A stretch of DNA of 64,000 nucleotides from a candidate division FCPU426 bacterium (GTDB taxonomy: Bacteria; Oederibacteriota; PGYV01; Palsa-1178), in the NCBI GenBank assembly GCA_963840035.1, contig CAWIXE010000002.1, forward strand, positions 1,440,001 to 1,504,000. Direction: 5' to 3'. A program made the position numbers and the translations under genes. Within the stretch, counting starts at the first letter, position 1, and every line of letters begins with the position of its first letter. A model generated the notes under the pieces. It did not search any database, was not told the DNA's origin, and was given only the letters and a program-made list of their open reading frames with translations. This document shows positions 9,623 to 19,495 of the stretch, piece by piece.

Positions 9623-11469
9623 CTATGATGTTTTTTCAGCTTTTGGCAGCGTAAAATAGAACGAGCTGCCTTTTCCTTCTTTTCCTTCTGATTCCACCCA
9701 TATCCTGCCGCCGTATTTTTCAACGATTCTTGAGCATATGGCAAGGCCAAGACCGCTTCCTTCGTACTGGTCTTTTGGATGCAGCTGCTCGAACAGCTCA
9801 AATATCTTTTTTCTGTACTTATCCTCCACCCCGATGCCGTTGTCCTTTACCACGCAAGTTTTCTCCCCGCCTTTATCCACGCAATAAACCTCAATGGCCG
9901 GAGGCAGTACACTTTTATATTTTATGGAATTAATGAGCAGGTTTTGAAATAAAAGGGTAAAATCCTCAAAATTCCAGCACACCTGGCAATCATCAGGTAT
10001 CAGTATCTTAAGGCTTACTTTCTGTTCATCAATCCTGTCTTTCAGGTTAGACGCGGCGAGCAAGGCTGCGTCCTTGAGCTTAAACGGCTTTTGTTCGCAG
10101 TCTTTTTTGCTTATAAAAGTGTAGTTTTTTATGGCATCAAGAAGGGCGAACATTCTTTCAGCGCCCTGTATGATATACTCCACCTGGGCGCTGTCAGCGT
10201 CTGTAATGCCCCGTTTATTCATGTCGCGCTGGATTAGCTGCGCGTTTATCCTTATTTGCCTTAATGGCTCCTTAAGGTCATGCGACGCCGCGAAAGAAAA
10301 ATATTTAAGCTCTTCATTCGCCTTCAGCAGGTCGGACATATGGACCTGCAGCTTTTTTCAGCCATTTTTCTTGTCCTGACATTGATATAAAGCAGAAGAA
10401 TGATAAGGGTCTGCACAAGCAACAGCATTACGGATATTACGATGACTTTGTAATGGAGCCGGAAGAACGATTCATCTTCGTTAACTATTTTAACTAATGG
10501 CGGGACATTTTTTCTGGGTATGCCAAAACGCTTAAGTATTTTATTGTCAACCCAGGACTTATTGCTTAGTTCTTTAATTTTCGGGATGCCCGTTATTCCA
10601 TCTTTTTTTACGATTTCAATGGCTGTATCTGCAGCATACTGGCCGTGTTCATACCCGTCGCGTAAAACTCCGCCGATTGCCCCGTACCCGAGTTCATCTG
10701 TTTTTGTCACATATACCGGGGACTTAGAATACTGGCACGTGGCTGAAAGGACATGCGTGTTATTCATGGATTTTCCGGCCTTATCGATCATAAACCCCCG
10801 ATACAAAAAAATCTGCCCGGGAGGAACTTTTTTTACAGCGCTAAAATATTCGTCAAAAGTCAGCCCTAACCCCGCATCCATAAAAATAAATTTAAGTTTT
10901 CCCGCGTAATCGGGCTCAATTTTTTTCAGCTCCTCGTAGCTCAAGCTGTTATTAAAAGTACCGTCTGTGGCTATGTATAATTCCTTAGCGTCAGGCTGAA
11001 GCCTCATAGCGAAATCAATTGTGCCTCTGAGTTCAACCTTTTCATATGCCCCCACCATATTCGGTATCTTATTTAGTTCGTCGTATGTAAAATCAGAAAC
11101 CCCGCAAAAAACAATCGGAATCCCTGAAAAAAGCCGGCCCCTTTCGGCAATTACAAGTTTCAGGGCCGGGTCATCAAGCGCTATGACCGCGCTGAAATTC
11201 AAGCCTTTAAACTTTTTCCCGATTAACGTCTCAAAATCCTTCCTGAACGCCTTCCCCGTCCTTTTGTCATCCATGTATTCCAGGTAAATTTCAGCCTGCG
11301 GGTTGTATTTTTCAAAAACATCATTCACAGCCTTGGTTTCAAGGTCAGACCAGGGGTATCCAAAATGATATGAATTTATTATAAGGAAGTTCTGCTGTTC
11401 TACGGCGGAGAGTTTAAAAGACAAAAGGGCAAGAATCAAACAACAAATTAATAACTTTATTGTTTTCAT
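9623..11469 (-). pseudogene. membrane sensor histidine kinase split by a 1-nt frameshift in an A6 run (ORFs 10324-11469 and 9623-10339)
   Basis: The 5' ORF has a signal peptide, periplasmic binding-protein-like domain and TM helix. The 3' ORF has an H-box (ASHDLKEPLR), N box, DNGIG and GSGLGL. One extra A restores RKMAEKKLQVHMSDLLKANEELKYFS. Confidence 0.8.
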
Positions 11470-11507
11470 CCTGCCCCCTTTTATGCGTATATTTTAACCT
11501 TTACTTT

Positions 11508-11945
11508 TTAAAAAGGTGATTCCTCGTCTTTTTTGGAATAATCAGTCGTATCCTCAATATTTACCGTCTTTTGTGCCGGAGCCGCGCCGTCTTTCCTCGG
11601 CCCTATGTTCCTGGTTCCCTTGCAATCCGGGTATTTTACGCAGCTTAAGAAATCGCCGTTAGGCCCGGACTTGATTTTCATGTCAGAGCCGCACTTCGGG
11701 CATACTTCCTTGTAATCTTTTGTCTGCTTGCATTCCGGATATTTGGAGCAGGAATAAAACCTGCCCTTCTTTCCGTTTTTCAGGACCATCATTGACCCGC
11801 ATGCCGGGCATTTTTCCTGTTCGCCTTCGTAATTCGCGGTGCCTTTGCATTTTGGAAATGTCGAACATCCGTAGAATTTCCCCTTATAACCTTCCCTTAA
11901 AACCATATCAGCCCCGCATGTCGGGCATTTCGGCGCGTCTGCCAT
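11508..11945 (-). CDS. stand-alone topoisomerase-type C4 zinc-ribbon repeat protein (3 repeats) with acidic tail
   Basis: Three CPxCGxxM...GxFxxCxx(F/Y)PxCK repeats; AGGAGG RBS before ATG 11945; ends DEESPF. Confidence 0.88.
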   Translation of the reverse strand: MADAPKCPTCGADMVLREGYKGKFYGCSTFPKCKGTANYEGEQEKCPACGSMMVLKNGKKGRFYSCSKYPECKQTKDYKEVCPKCGSDMKIKSGPNGDFLSCVKYPDCKGTRNIGPRKDGAAPAQKTVNIEDTTDYSKKDEESPF

Positions 11946-12015
11946 GTAATGTTCCTCCTTGAAATTGTATTTTAACCAGTATAACAAATACACAAAAAAA
12001 TGAAAGGCTTAAAGT

Positions 12016-12053
12016 AAAAAAAGCGGGCCCCTGCTTTTACAGGGGCCCGCTTT
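12016..12053. terminator. intrinsic terminator
   Basis: aaaaaaagcgggcccctg...caggggcccgcttt hairpin with T-tract on the minus strand. Confidence 0.8.
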
Positions 12054-12075
12054 GAAACATTTATTTTATCGGGGA

Positions 12076-13005
12076 TTAGTTGTTGTGCTTGTTGCCGGTC
12101 CTCTGCCCGTTATTATCCTTTTCCTTGTCCTTGCCATGCCCTTTTTTTGCATTTTCACGCGCGCTGTTATCATCCTTGAACAGGTCCCGGCCTTTTTCCT
12201 TATTATTTGTATAGTTCTCATCACCTGTCGTATCCATCTGCGCTTTTTTACCCTGTTGCCCATAATTTCCATCTTTTCCCTGACGGTAATTTTCCACATT
12301 CTTACCCTGACGGCCGTCATTACCGTCTCTGCCATTGCGTTCCTCATAGCCCCATCTGCCGTTATTGTATTTATTATTATCCCTCGACCACTCTTTTGAC
12401 CTGTTCCTGTACCATGACCTGTCATGGCCGTAGTTTTTGCGGAATTTTACCTTAACATCATCATGTATGTTTATGAACGTTTTTCCGCCTTCACGCAGTT
12501 TTATGACCTCTTCCGGGGCATAGTTGTAATACTCAGATGTGAACTTAAGGTTGACGCAATTTACCACGTCATCATCTGAAAGCACTATTTTCTTCCAGCG
12601 TTTTTTAGGCGCGCTGTAGAACTTGTATACGTTTCCATATGCCCTGCCGGTTACCTGTCCATTTACAGGAACATAAAAAACATCCGGGCTGAGCTTGTAA
12701 AACGACGCTATCTGCCACCAGCTCCTGCCTCCGAGCCTCATCTTCACTATTATTTCCGGCGCTACGTTGGCTGACTTTGCCAGAAACAGCACAACCGGCA
12801 GGTGTTCATCAGGTATCCCGCTTTTTACTATGGTTACAACTTCCTTTTCCGGTATCTGATTGTAATCGCTTACATCCATATAAAACCCGTTTGCGCCGGT
12901 GCTTGACGCTGAAAAGCCGAAATTAAACGCCGCGTTTGCCTGTACAGCCGGAAATAAAACAATTATCGATAATACCAAAGCCGTTAAAACCGCATTTTTC
13001 TTCAT
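12076..13005 (-). CDS. secreted hypothetical protein with low-complexity G/N/K/D-rich C-terminus
   Basis: Signal peptide (ANA|A), AAGGAGG RBS, globular N-terminal part with internal helical repeat. Confidence 0.75.
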   Translation of the reverse strand: MKKNAVLTALVLSIIVLFPAVQANAAFNFGFSASSTGANGFYMDVSDYNQIPEKEVVTIVKSGIPDEHLPVVLFLAKSANVAPEIIVKMRLGGRSWWQIASFYKLSPDVFYVPVNGQVTGRAYGNVYKFYSAPKKRWKKIVLSDDDVVNCVNLKFTSEYYNYAPEEVIKLREGGKTFINIHDDVKVKFRKNYGHDRSWYRNRSKEWSRDNNKYNNGRWGYEERNGRDGNDGRQGKNVENYRQGKDGNYGQQGKKAQMDTTGDENYTNNKEKGRDLFKDDNSARENAKKGHGKDKEKDNNGQRTGNKHNN

Positions 13006-13120
13006 GTGTTCCTCCTTTTCAAATTTTACTTACGAATATTAGACGAATGACGTCATATTAAAGTTTACAGCAATATCATCCTGGGCCGTTGATTCATATT
13101 GGTGTAAGGACAGGATTCCC

Positions 13121-14146
13121 CTACTTCTTATTAAAAACCGTACCCCATTTTTCATCCCTTTCGGAATAAAATTCAAAACCCAGGTTAAGATTGATTGACC
13201 CGAGGGAATCAGACAGAATTATGTATTCGGCAGATGCGGTAACAGCCGCAAAATCCCACGCAAAATACTTCGCGCCGAGTTCAGCGCATACCCCCGGTAT
13301 ATACGAATTATTCTTCATTGATGATTTAGCTATCATGCCTTTGAGGCCGATAAACGGCCTTACCTGTGTTTCAAAAGGTTCATATACCGCGCCTAAGGCA
13401 AACTGCCCGAAATCCGAGACAAAAACCCCGCCGTTAAAAAGCCGGTAAACCCCGCCTTCAGCGGTAAACCCGAATCCATTTTCCAGCAGTGCCAATCCGC
13501 CCACCCTGCCTGCCACATGAGTAAGGTTTGACTCTCCCTTTACGCTTAAAGAACCTGTTGGGCTGCCTATTCCGCTGACAAGTGTAAATCCGATCATTTT
13601 CTTCCTGTCATTCTTTTCCTGTACCGGTGCCGGAGCCTGCGTCGGGACAGCCGTAGGCTGGGGCAAAACATCCGGAACAACAGTTGCCGTAGGCTGTGAT
13701 GAACTCAGGATTATTTTCTCGCCTTCAAATTCTATTTCCACACGCCTGTTTTTGGCGTATCCTGTTTCCGTTTTATCCGTATCAATTGGCTTTTCAGGGC
13801 CGAATCCGGAAGTCTGTATGTTTGCCGAGGGGATTGAAATTGTCCGTAAAAAGTAATTTTTTACGGCATCCGCCCTTTTTGCAGAAAGATCCTTATTGTA
13901 CGCCGCGGACCCGCGCGAATCTGTAAAGCCGCTTATTTTTATAATTATCTTTGGGTTAATAGAGTATTTTTCAAGGAGTTTTTTTCCGACAATGTCCAGC
14001 GCCCCGTATGATTCGGGTTTTATCACGGCTTTTCCAGTGTCAAAATTAACCTCAGCCGATTCCGCGATTATGAAGGCCGGGATAAAAGTGAAAACACACA
14101 TCACAAAAACAACTCTGAGGCATTTTAAAATCAATGAGATTTTCAT
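13121..14146 (-). CDS. OmpA-family peptidoglycan-binding domain + PT linker + C-terminal beta-barrel-like domain
   Basis: VNFDTGKA, GFTDSRGS..YN..LS..RA..V, GFG..KP, KNRRVEI; PTATVVP/PTAVPT linker; amphipathic strands ending LNLGFEF. Confidence 0.85.
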   Translation of the reverse strand: MKISLILKCLRVVFVMCVFTFIPAFIIAESAEVNFDTGKAVIKPESYGALDIVGKKLLEKYSINPKIIIKISGFTDSRGSAAYNKDLSAKRADAVKNYFLRTISIPSANIQTSGFGPEKPIDTDKTETGYAKNRRVEIEFEGEKIILSSSQPTATVVPDVLPQPTAVPTQAPAPVQEKNDRKKMIGFTLVSGIGSPTGSLSVKGESNLTHVAGRVGGLALLENGFGFTAEGGVYRLFNGGVFVSDFGQFALGAVYEPFETQVRPFIGLKGMIAKSSMKNNSYIPGVCAELGAKYFAWDFAAVTASAEYIILSDSLGSINLNLGFEFYSERDEKWGTVFNKK

Positions 14147-14210
14147 GGATTGATTATATCACATAACCCTCAACTTTTCCCGGAGTTTTACTTCACGCGC
14201 CGGATAATGA

Positions 14211-14241
14211 CAAAGGCCGCGGCTTGACACCGCGGCCTTTG
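14211..14241. terminator. intrinsic terminator
   Basis: caaaggccgcgg-cttgaca-ccgcggcctttg hairpin downstream of the esterase gene. Confidence 0.7.
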
Positions 14242-14285
14242 TGCGCCTTAAATTGAAAATCTAAAATTCAAAATTTAGAATTAAT

Positions 14286-16214
14286 CTACCATCCGAGGCC
14301 GCCCGCAATATTCGCATCCATCCATGTTTTAAGCGCGTTTGCGACCTTAGTATGCGCTGAAACTATCGGGTGCGTATTGTCGCCTGCGTAATCCGACGCG
14401 GGCAGCGGGAAATCGCTGTTAATGGGCGGGTTGTTGAAATTAACATATTTTATCTTGGGGTCACCCTTGGCTGCGACTACATTTGAAATGTATGTCCCCG
14501 CCAGCGCCGGCACCCACGTGGAATAAACCTGGGGAATTGGCTGGGTGCATAAAATATACGCATTTGGATAGTACCCTCTAAGCGTTGTAAGAAAAGCCGA
14601 ATACGTGCTCTCAAAAGCTGTCTGGTCAGGTACCGACGGGCTTAAGGTCGGGTCAAAATCATTGGTCCCGAGCGCTATGACTACAACATCAGCCTGCCAT
14701 GTGGCGAAATTCCATTGCGGCGAGCTGCCTGTCGGAGCGGCTTCCCATTTAACCAATGAGTAAACATCAGGCATGGTTATGAAAGGAGAACATGGCTTGC
14801 AGTTCCTGTATATGCCGATTCCGCCCCTTGATATAGTGCGGTAATCAGCGTTATACATGCGTGCAAGCTGCGGCCCGAAAGCCTGATCCCCGTTCTGCAT
14901 GCAGCCGCCCCACATGCAATCCGGCGTGGGAACAGCCAGGTTGTATTCATTGGACGAACCGCATGTTATTGAATCGCCTATGAACTCCATCTTCCTTGTA
15001 GGCGGCGTATATACCGGCGCTGTCATGGTCTTGCCTGTATCAAGTCCAAAACCCTTGAAACCTATGGAACCTCCGGCCGCGTCTGTCCTGCGCACTATCA
15101 TGATTGTGTGGTTAGTATCCGCAAGGCCCTTGATTACGTAAACTGTCTGGGTCGGGACCGGCGTAAGCGGGTCTGACTGGTCGCTCACCCTGAATTTGAT
15201 AAAACTGGAATGATCCGCTATGTTGCCGTCTATGGCATAAGCCAGCCACTGGTCCCATGCGGTAAAATTAAGCGCTATGGAGGTCCCGTTAAATCCTGCG
15301 ACCATGTAAGTGGTACCCCATCCGTTGCTTGGCTGCGACGGAGTTGTCAGGTCCCATCTTCCGTAATACTGCACATTTGAACCCATTGCGGCGGGACTGA
15401 TAGGCGTGCTTATGGTTGTCTGCGTCATTGTGATTGTAGGCGAAACGCTGTGCGTCGGCGTAATAGTTTCAGTAGGCCCGCCCGGCGTCCTTGAAACCGT
15501 GAATGTCGGGGAGACTGTCCATGTCTTAGTGTAAGTCGGCGTCACTGTCGGCGCCAAAGATATTACTTCCAGTGAATCCATATATACATAACCTGTATAC
15601 GTTGTGGCAGGTATGAAACACAACGCGATTTTAGTGACATTAGTAATATCCGGGGTCCCGTTGGTGTAATCGGGATTTGCTGACTCATATAAAAGTTCAT
15701 TCCAGCTTCCGGTGTTATAACTTTTCCACAATCCCCGCTGGTACGCGGAACCCGCTCCGCTCTGAATAAATATGAACGCGACACCCGCCGGAAAGTCAGC
15801 CGGTATCCACACCCTCAATTTAAGGTTCTTTCCTGTAAGATTTGTAATAAGCGGCGTAGTGTTTTCCACGCCGTTGTTTGCGCCGGCAGTAAATGACCCG
15901 GATATTTGAAGGGAATGAGTTCCAAGGTATGCCATGGCTGTAGAATTAGCCGTGGCTGAAGTTCCGCCAAACTTTCCATTCCAACCCATTATAGTACCGT
16001 CTTCAAATGGATATAAGGTCAGGTCAGCAGGTGCTGAGGTGAAAGTTGGCGTGGCTGTATTAGTCGGTGAATAAGTAATAGTCCCTATTGCCTGTGTAAG
16101 AGTAGCGGTCGGAAAATCACCAGGAGCAAGCATGACATCCTTTTTTTTCGCGCATGAAAGCGCAAATACAAAGAGCATAATAACCATTAATGCTGAAACA
16201 ATGATTTTTTTCAT
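14286..16214 (-). CDS. lipoprotein: CBM-like domain + Thr/Pro linker + SGNH esterase (CE2 acetylxylan esterase-like)
   Basis: Lipobox ALSC; YYGRWD CE2-type N-domain; FIGDSITCG, GGIG, LGTND and THP SGNH blocks. Confidence 0.82.
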   Translation of the reverse strand: MKKIIVSALMVIMLFVFALSCAKKKDVMLAPGDFPTATLTQAIGTITYSPTNTATPTFTSAPADLTLYPFEDGTIMGWNGKFGGTSATANSTAMAYLGTHSLQISGSFTAGANNGVENTTPLITNLTGKNLKLRVWIPADFPAGVAFIFIQSGAGSAYQRGLWKSYNTGSWNELLYESANPDYTNGTPDITNVTKIALCFIPATTYTGYVYMDSLEVISLAPTVTPTYTKTWTVSPTFTVSRTPGGPTETITPTHSVSPTITMTQTTISTPISPAAMGSNVQYYGRWDLTTPSQPSNGWGTTYMVAGFNGTSIALNFTAWDQWLAYAIDGNIADHSSFIKFRVSDQSDPLTPVPTQTVYVIKGLADTNHTIMIVRRTDAAGGSIGFKGFGLDTGKTMTAPVYTPPTRKMEFIGDSITCGSSNEYNLAVPTPDCMWGGCMQNGDQAFGPQLARMYNADYRTISRGGIGIYRNCKPCSPFITMPDVYSLVKWEAAPTGSSPQWNFATWQADVVVIALGTNDFDPTLSPSVPDQTAFESTYSAFLTTLRGYYPNAYILCTQPIPQVYSTWVPALAGTYISNVVAAKGDPKIKYVNFNNPPINSDFPLPASDYAGDNTHPIVSAHTKVANALKTWMDANIAGGLGW

Positions 16215-16233
16215 ATATACCTCCCGTTTTAAG

Positions 16234-16283
16234 AAAGCGCTTTAGTAATAACTTATTATGCCATTACCATAAGATTTAGTCAA
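16234..16283 (-). promoter_or_regulatory. sigma70 promoter (TTGACT-17-CATAAT) with downstream palindrome AAAGCGCTTT (LacI-type operator candidate)
   Basis: -35 at 16278-16283, -10 at 16255-16260, palindrome at 16234-16243. Confidence 0.6.
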
Positions 16284-16341
16284 GATTTTTGACGTGAAAA
16301 CAGGCTTATTTTGATGAAACGATTAATCAAAGTCCCTTGTT

Positions 16342-17430
16342 CTATTCGGCGGGAGGTATGCCCTGGTCCTGACGGATGCACTCCACCGCCTTCACCGGAA
16401 CTTCCAGCATCCTGGCCCTGGTTGTTATAAGTTTGTCGTATGAAACGCGTGTTTTTTCAATATTATCGCCAAGCTCCGCGAATTGAGACTTATATTCTTC
16501 CCACTGTTTGGCAAACTTGCCCAGCTGTGAGAGTATCTCCCTGGAGGCCTTATCCATCCTGAAGTTGTCCGCAGCCTGCCTTATAACAGATACAAAGGCA
16601 TACAGGGTAAAAGGCGAGCAGACAACCACCTTCATCTTAAGGGCATCATCCATAAAGACCGCGTCATGCTCATTAATAAAACTAAAAACCTGCTCATTGG
16701 AAATGAACATTACCGCGTAATCAAGCGTGCCGTTATCCGGGTCTATGTAATCCTTCTTGCCTGTCTCCTTGAGCCTGCCTCTTGCGTCCTGCAGGAACTT
16801 TTTTATGTGGATCTCCTTCTCAGCCGGCGACTTCGCCTCTATGCAGGCTTTATAATTTGAAAGCGGGAATTTACAGTCCATATTGACCTTAAGCCCGTTG
16901 GGAAGGTTAAAGGTGTAATCCGGCCTTCCTGCTTCCGTGGATTCCTGCTGAGAGTAATTAATGCCCTCGCGGAGCCCCGCCAGGTCCAGAATGTCCTTTG
17001 CCATCCTCTGGCCCCACTCGCCCCTCTTTTGCCCGGAACCAAGCATCTCATTGAGTTTGTTTGTTGAAGCGCTCAGGTCCTTTATGACCTGCGCCGCGTT
17101 ATCAAGCCTGCCCGACACGCCTTCCATCTTTTCACCGCTTTTTCCCGCAAAATCCTTAACCGTCGCCTCAACTTTCAGCAATTCCCTGTTTATCTCATCC
17201 AGCCGCTGGTCAATTAACTGTTTTTTCTTGTCGAGTTCGCTTTCTATAAGTTCTTTCTTTTTATCAAGGTCCTGCCCGCCGAGCTCTTTTTGCTGCTTTA
17301 AAACATCCATGGCGACGCCGGCAAAAGTGGTTTTCATATCCTCTTTGTTGACCGCTTCAGATTTTTTAGTCAGGATCATCACCTGCAATGCCAGTATGGC
17401 AAGGGCCAGCGCTATTATCGCGTACATCAT
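16342..17430 (-). CDS. rmuC: DNA recombination protein RmuC
   Basis: N-terminal TM, coiled coil, RGEWGQ, RPD, DCKFP, DYAVMF, VCSP motifs. Confidence 0.9.
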   Translation of the reverse strand: MMYAIIALALAILALQVMILTKKSEAVNKEDMKTTFAGVAMDVLKQQKELGGQDLDKKKELIESELDKKKQLIDQRLDEINRELLKVEATVKDFAGKSGEKMEGVSGRLDNAAQVIKDLSASTNKLNEMLGSGQKRGEWGQRMAKDILDLAGLREGINYSQQESTEAGRPDYTFNLPNGLKVNMDCKFPLSNYKACIEAKSPAEKEIHIKKFLQDARGRLKETGKKDYIDPDNGTLDYAVMFISNEQVFSFINEHDAVFMDDALKMKVVVCSPFTLYAFVSVIRQAADNFRMDKASREILSQLGKFAKQWEEYKSQFAELGDNIEKTRVSYDKLITTRARMLEVPVKAVECIRQDQGIPPAE

Positions 17431-17563
17431 ATTAAACCTCCGTTATGTTTTTTATAATTATATCATGATACCGTCTTTTTTCTATGCTATAATTATTTAT
17501 AAGGCAACATACAAAAAAGGCTAAAACGGCTCTGCCGTTCGTCTAATACTTTAGGAGGTATTC

Positions 17564-18259
17564 ATGAAAATAAAAATTCTATTATTAACGCTGGCCGCAC
17601 TGGTCCTTACATCCTGCGTGCGTTCATACCGCATTTCCATCGACTCCATAAACGACCGGTCAGCGCAGCCGGGCAAGACTTTCATCGTGGTCCCGGGAAA
17701 CAAAGACACTTCAGCCGGCGACCTTCAGTTTAAAGAATTCGCATATTACCTTGTAAAGGCGCTGGATCCGCAGGGATACAGGCTTTCCGAGGATCAAAAG
17801 ACCGCGGATATTGAGATTTACCTTTCATACGGCGTCGGTGACCCTGAAAAGCACACGTATTCCTATTATGAGCCTGTCTGGGGCCAGACCGGAATGCAGA
17901 TTTACACGCGCACCGATAACGTAACAAACTCGGACAGCACCACTTCTCAGTATTCATCTACATATGTTGAACCGCAGTACGGGGTTACCGGCTATACAAC
18001 GCAGACCGGCGAAGTAACTCTATATAAGAAATACGCAATTATCGACGCGTACGATATTAAAAACGGGAGTAAAGGCACGAAGTTAAAGCAGGTGTGGAAA
18101 ACCTCGGTATCTTCATCGGGCCAGACAAAGGACCTGCGAAAAACATTTCCCTTCCTGATGGCCGGCGCCGCGCAGTACGCGGGAAGCAATACCGGCGAGG
18201 AAATAAATGTTGTTATAGGGGAAGATTCTGAAACGGTAAAGGCAATTAAAGGGAAATAA
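17564..18259 (+). CDS. lipoprotein (DUF4136-like)
   Basis: Lipobox LTSC; DLQFKEF...L...GY, ADIEI.LSYG, IDAYD...QVW pattern. Confidence 0.65.
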   Translation: MKIKILLLTLAALVLTSCVRSYRISIDSINDRSAQPGKTFIVVPGNKDTSAGDLQFKEFAYYLVKALDPQGYRLSEDQKTADIEIYLSYGVGDPEKHTYSYYEPVWGQTGMQIYTRTDNVTNSDSTTSQYSSTYVEPQYGVTGYTTQTGEVTLYKKYAIIDAYDIKNGSKGTKLKQVWKTSVSSSGQTKDLRKTFPFLMAGAAQYAGSNTGEEINVVIGEDSETVKAIKGK

Positions 18260-18385
18260 TAATTACTAATGACTAATTACTAAGTTACAAATTTTCGTCT
18301 ATTGCTGCGGGCTTTGCCCTTGCAATATTATAATAAAAAGCGATCACGCACTTTATTTGTAATTAGTCATTAGTAATTAGTAATT
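18259..18385. repeat. inverted pair of heptamer tandem arrays (TAATTAC/TAATGAC)
   Basis: aattactaatgactaattacta ... taattagtcattagtaattagtaa; same family at 34455-34484 and 63884-63910. Confidence 0.7.
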
Positions 18386-18398
18386 TGATTTATTAAAG

Positions 18399-18695
18399 TC
18401 ACTCTTTAGTGTGAGATCTTTTCTGATAAATATAAATCCCGGTTCCGTCAGGCGTGTGCGGCGCTTCTCCGTCATAGCCCATCATAAGCAGTTTGTCTAT
18501 GATCCTCCCGCCTTCCGTCGTATCCACGCAGTAATTAAACATCCACATATCCGTCTTGCGGTCAACGTTATGGACTTTAAACAACTGCTTTTCAGGGTCT
18601 TTTGAAATGCCTATATACCAGTTCCCTTTAGCCCCGCCTTTTGAAGCGGTATATTTTACGATATGCTCAATCATTTCTCTTTCATCTTTAGCCAT
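18399..18695 (-). CDS. hypothetical protein (98 aa) with GIY-YIG-like motifs in permuted order
   Basis: GGGGAG RBS; WYIG..DPEKQL...H near the N-terminus, GIYIY near the C-terminus. Confidence 0.7.
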   Translation of the reverse strand: MAKDEREMIEHIVKYTASKGGAKGNWYIGISKDPEKQLFKVHNVDRKTDMWMFNYCVDTTEGGRIIDKLLMMGYDGEAPHTPDGTGIYIYQKRSHTKE

Positions 18696-18758
18696 GTAAC
18701 TCTCCCCCGCGCAACCTGAAGGTTGCGGCTACCAGCGTCAATCTAGAATCCAGAATTG

Positions 18759-19463
18759 TTATTTGACTTTTATCTGCTTTAAAGAGCTCTGCGGTATGGA
18801 CCAGGCCATTGACAGCGCGAGGATAAGCCAGAGTATGTCATAGCCTTCAAAAGAATACTGTATTGTTGTAAAAAATCCGGTTGCCACCGTTCCAGAAAAC
18901 CAGTTCATCCCGGCGGTGTATTCCGGGCCGAATTTCTGCGCCAGCAGCTTAATGTATTCATTCGTGAATATATAGTATTTGCCGATTACTATGCCTATTA
19001 CACTTGTTACGCACGCGATAATCTGAAGCGGGAGCCCCTTTTTATTGCCCGAGAGCAGCACCGCGCCGTACGCGCATATAAAACCTATGCCCAGCGCCAC
19101 AATGCCGTAAACCTTATTTGTGGCCACCGCGAGCCATCCCCAAACCAGGCCGCCAATTATGGCCGCAACCAGCGACCCTATAAGGGCCGGTATTATTGCG
19201 GACGAAGCCATTTTTTCCTGGTCTTTTATTTTATCAACCTCAACTTTTGCGTTATCATAGTATGTCGAAGCCTCAAGCGGAGGCATCCCCATGTCAGTAA
19301 GTTTTTTGACTGTAAAATCCTTTGCTTTCCCGTCGGCTATGTCTTTTGCGACAATTAAAAAGAGCCTGTCGAGCGCCGCCTGTTCTTCCGCAGCCTGGTT
19401 TGACGGCGCGGGCGTGCCTGCCTGCTGTGCGTTGTTCTGGTTCAAAGGGTCTCCTGTAGACAT
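18759..19463 (-). CDS. hypothetical membrane protein
   Basis: GGAGG RBS; soluble N-terminus then about 4 Gly/Ala-rich TM helices. Confidence 0.75.
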   Translation of the reverse strand: MSTGDPLNQNNAQQAGTPAPSNQAAEEQAALDRLFLIVAKDIADGKAKDFTVKKLTDMGMPPLEASTYYDNAKVEVDKIKDQEKMASSAIIPALIGSLVAAIIGGLVWGWLAVATNKVYGIVALGIGFICAYGAVLLSGNKKGLPLQIIACVTSVIGIVIGKYYIFTNEYIKLLAQKFGPEYTAGMNWFSGTVATGFFTTIQYSFEGYDILWLILALSMAWSIPQSSLKQIKVK

Positions 19464-19495
19464 CTAATCCTCCCTGTTTTCCGCATTACGCGGTT

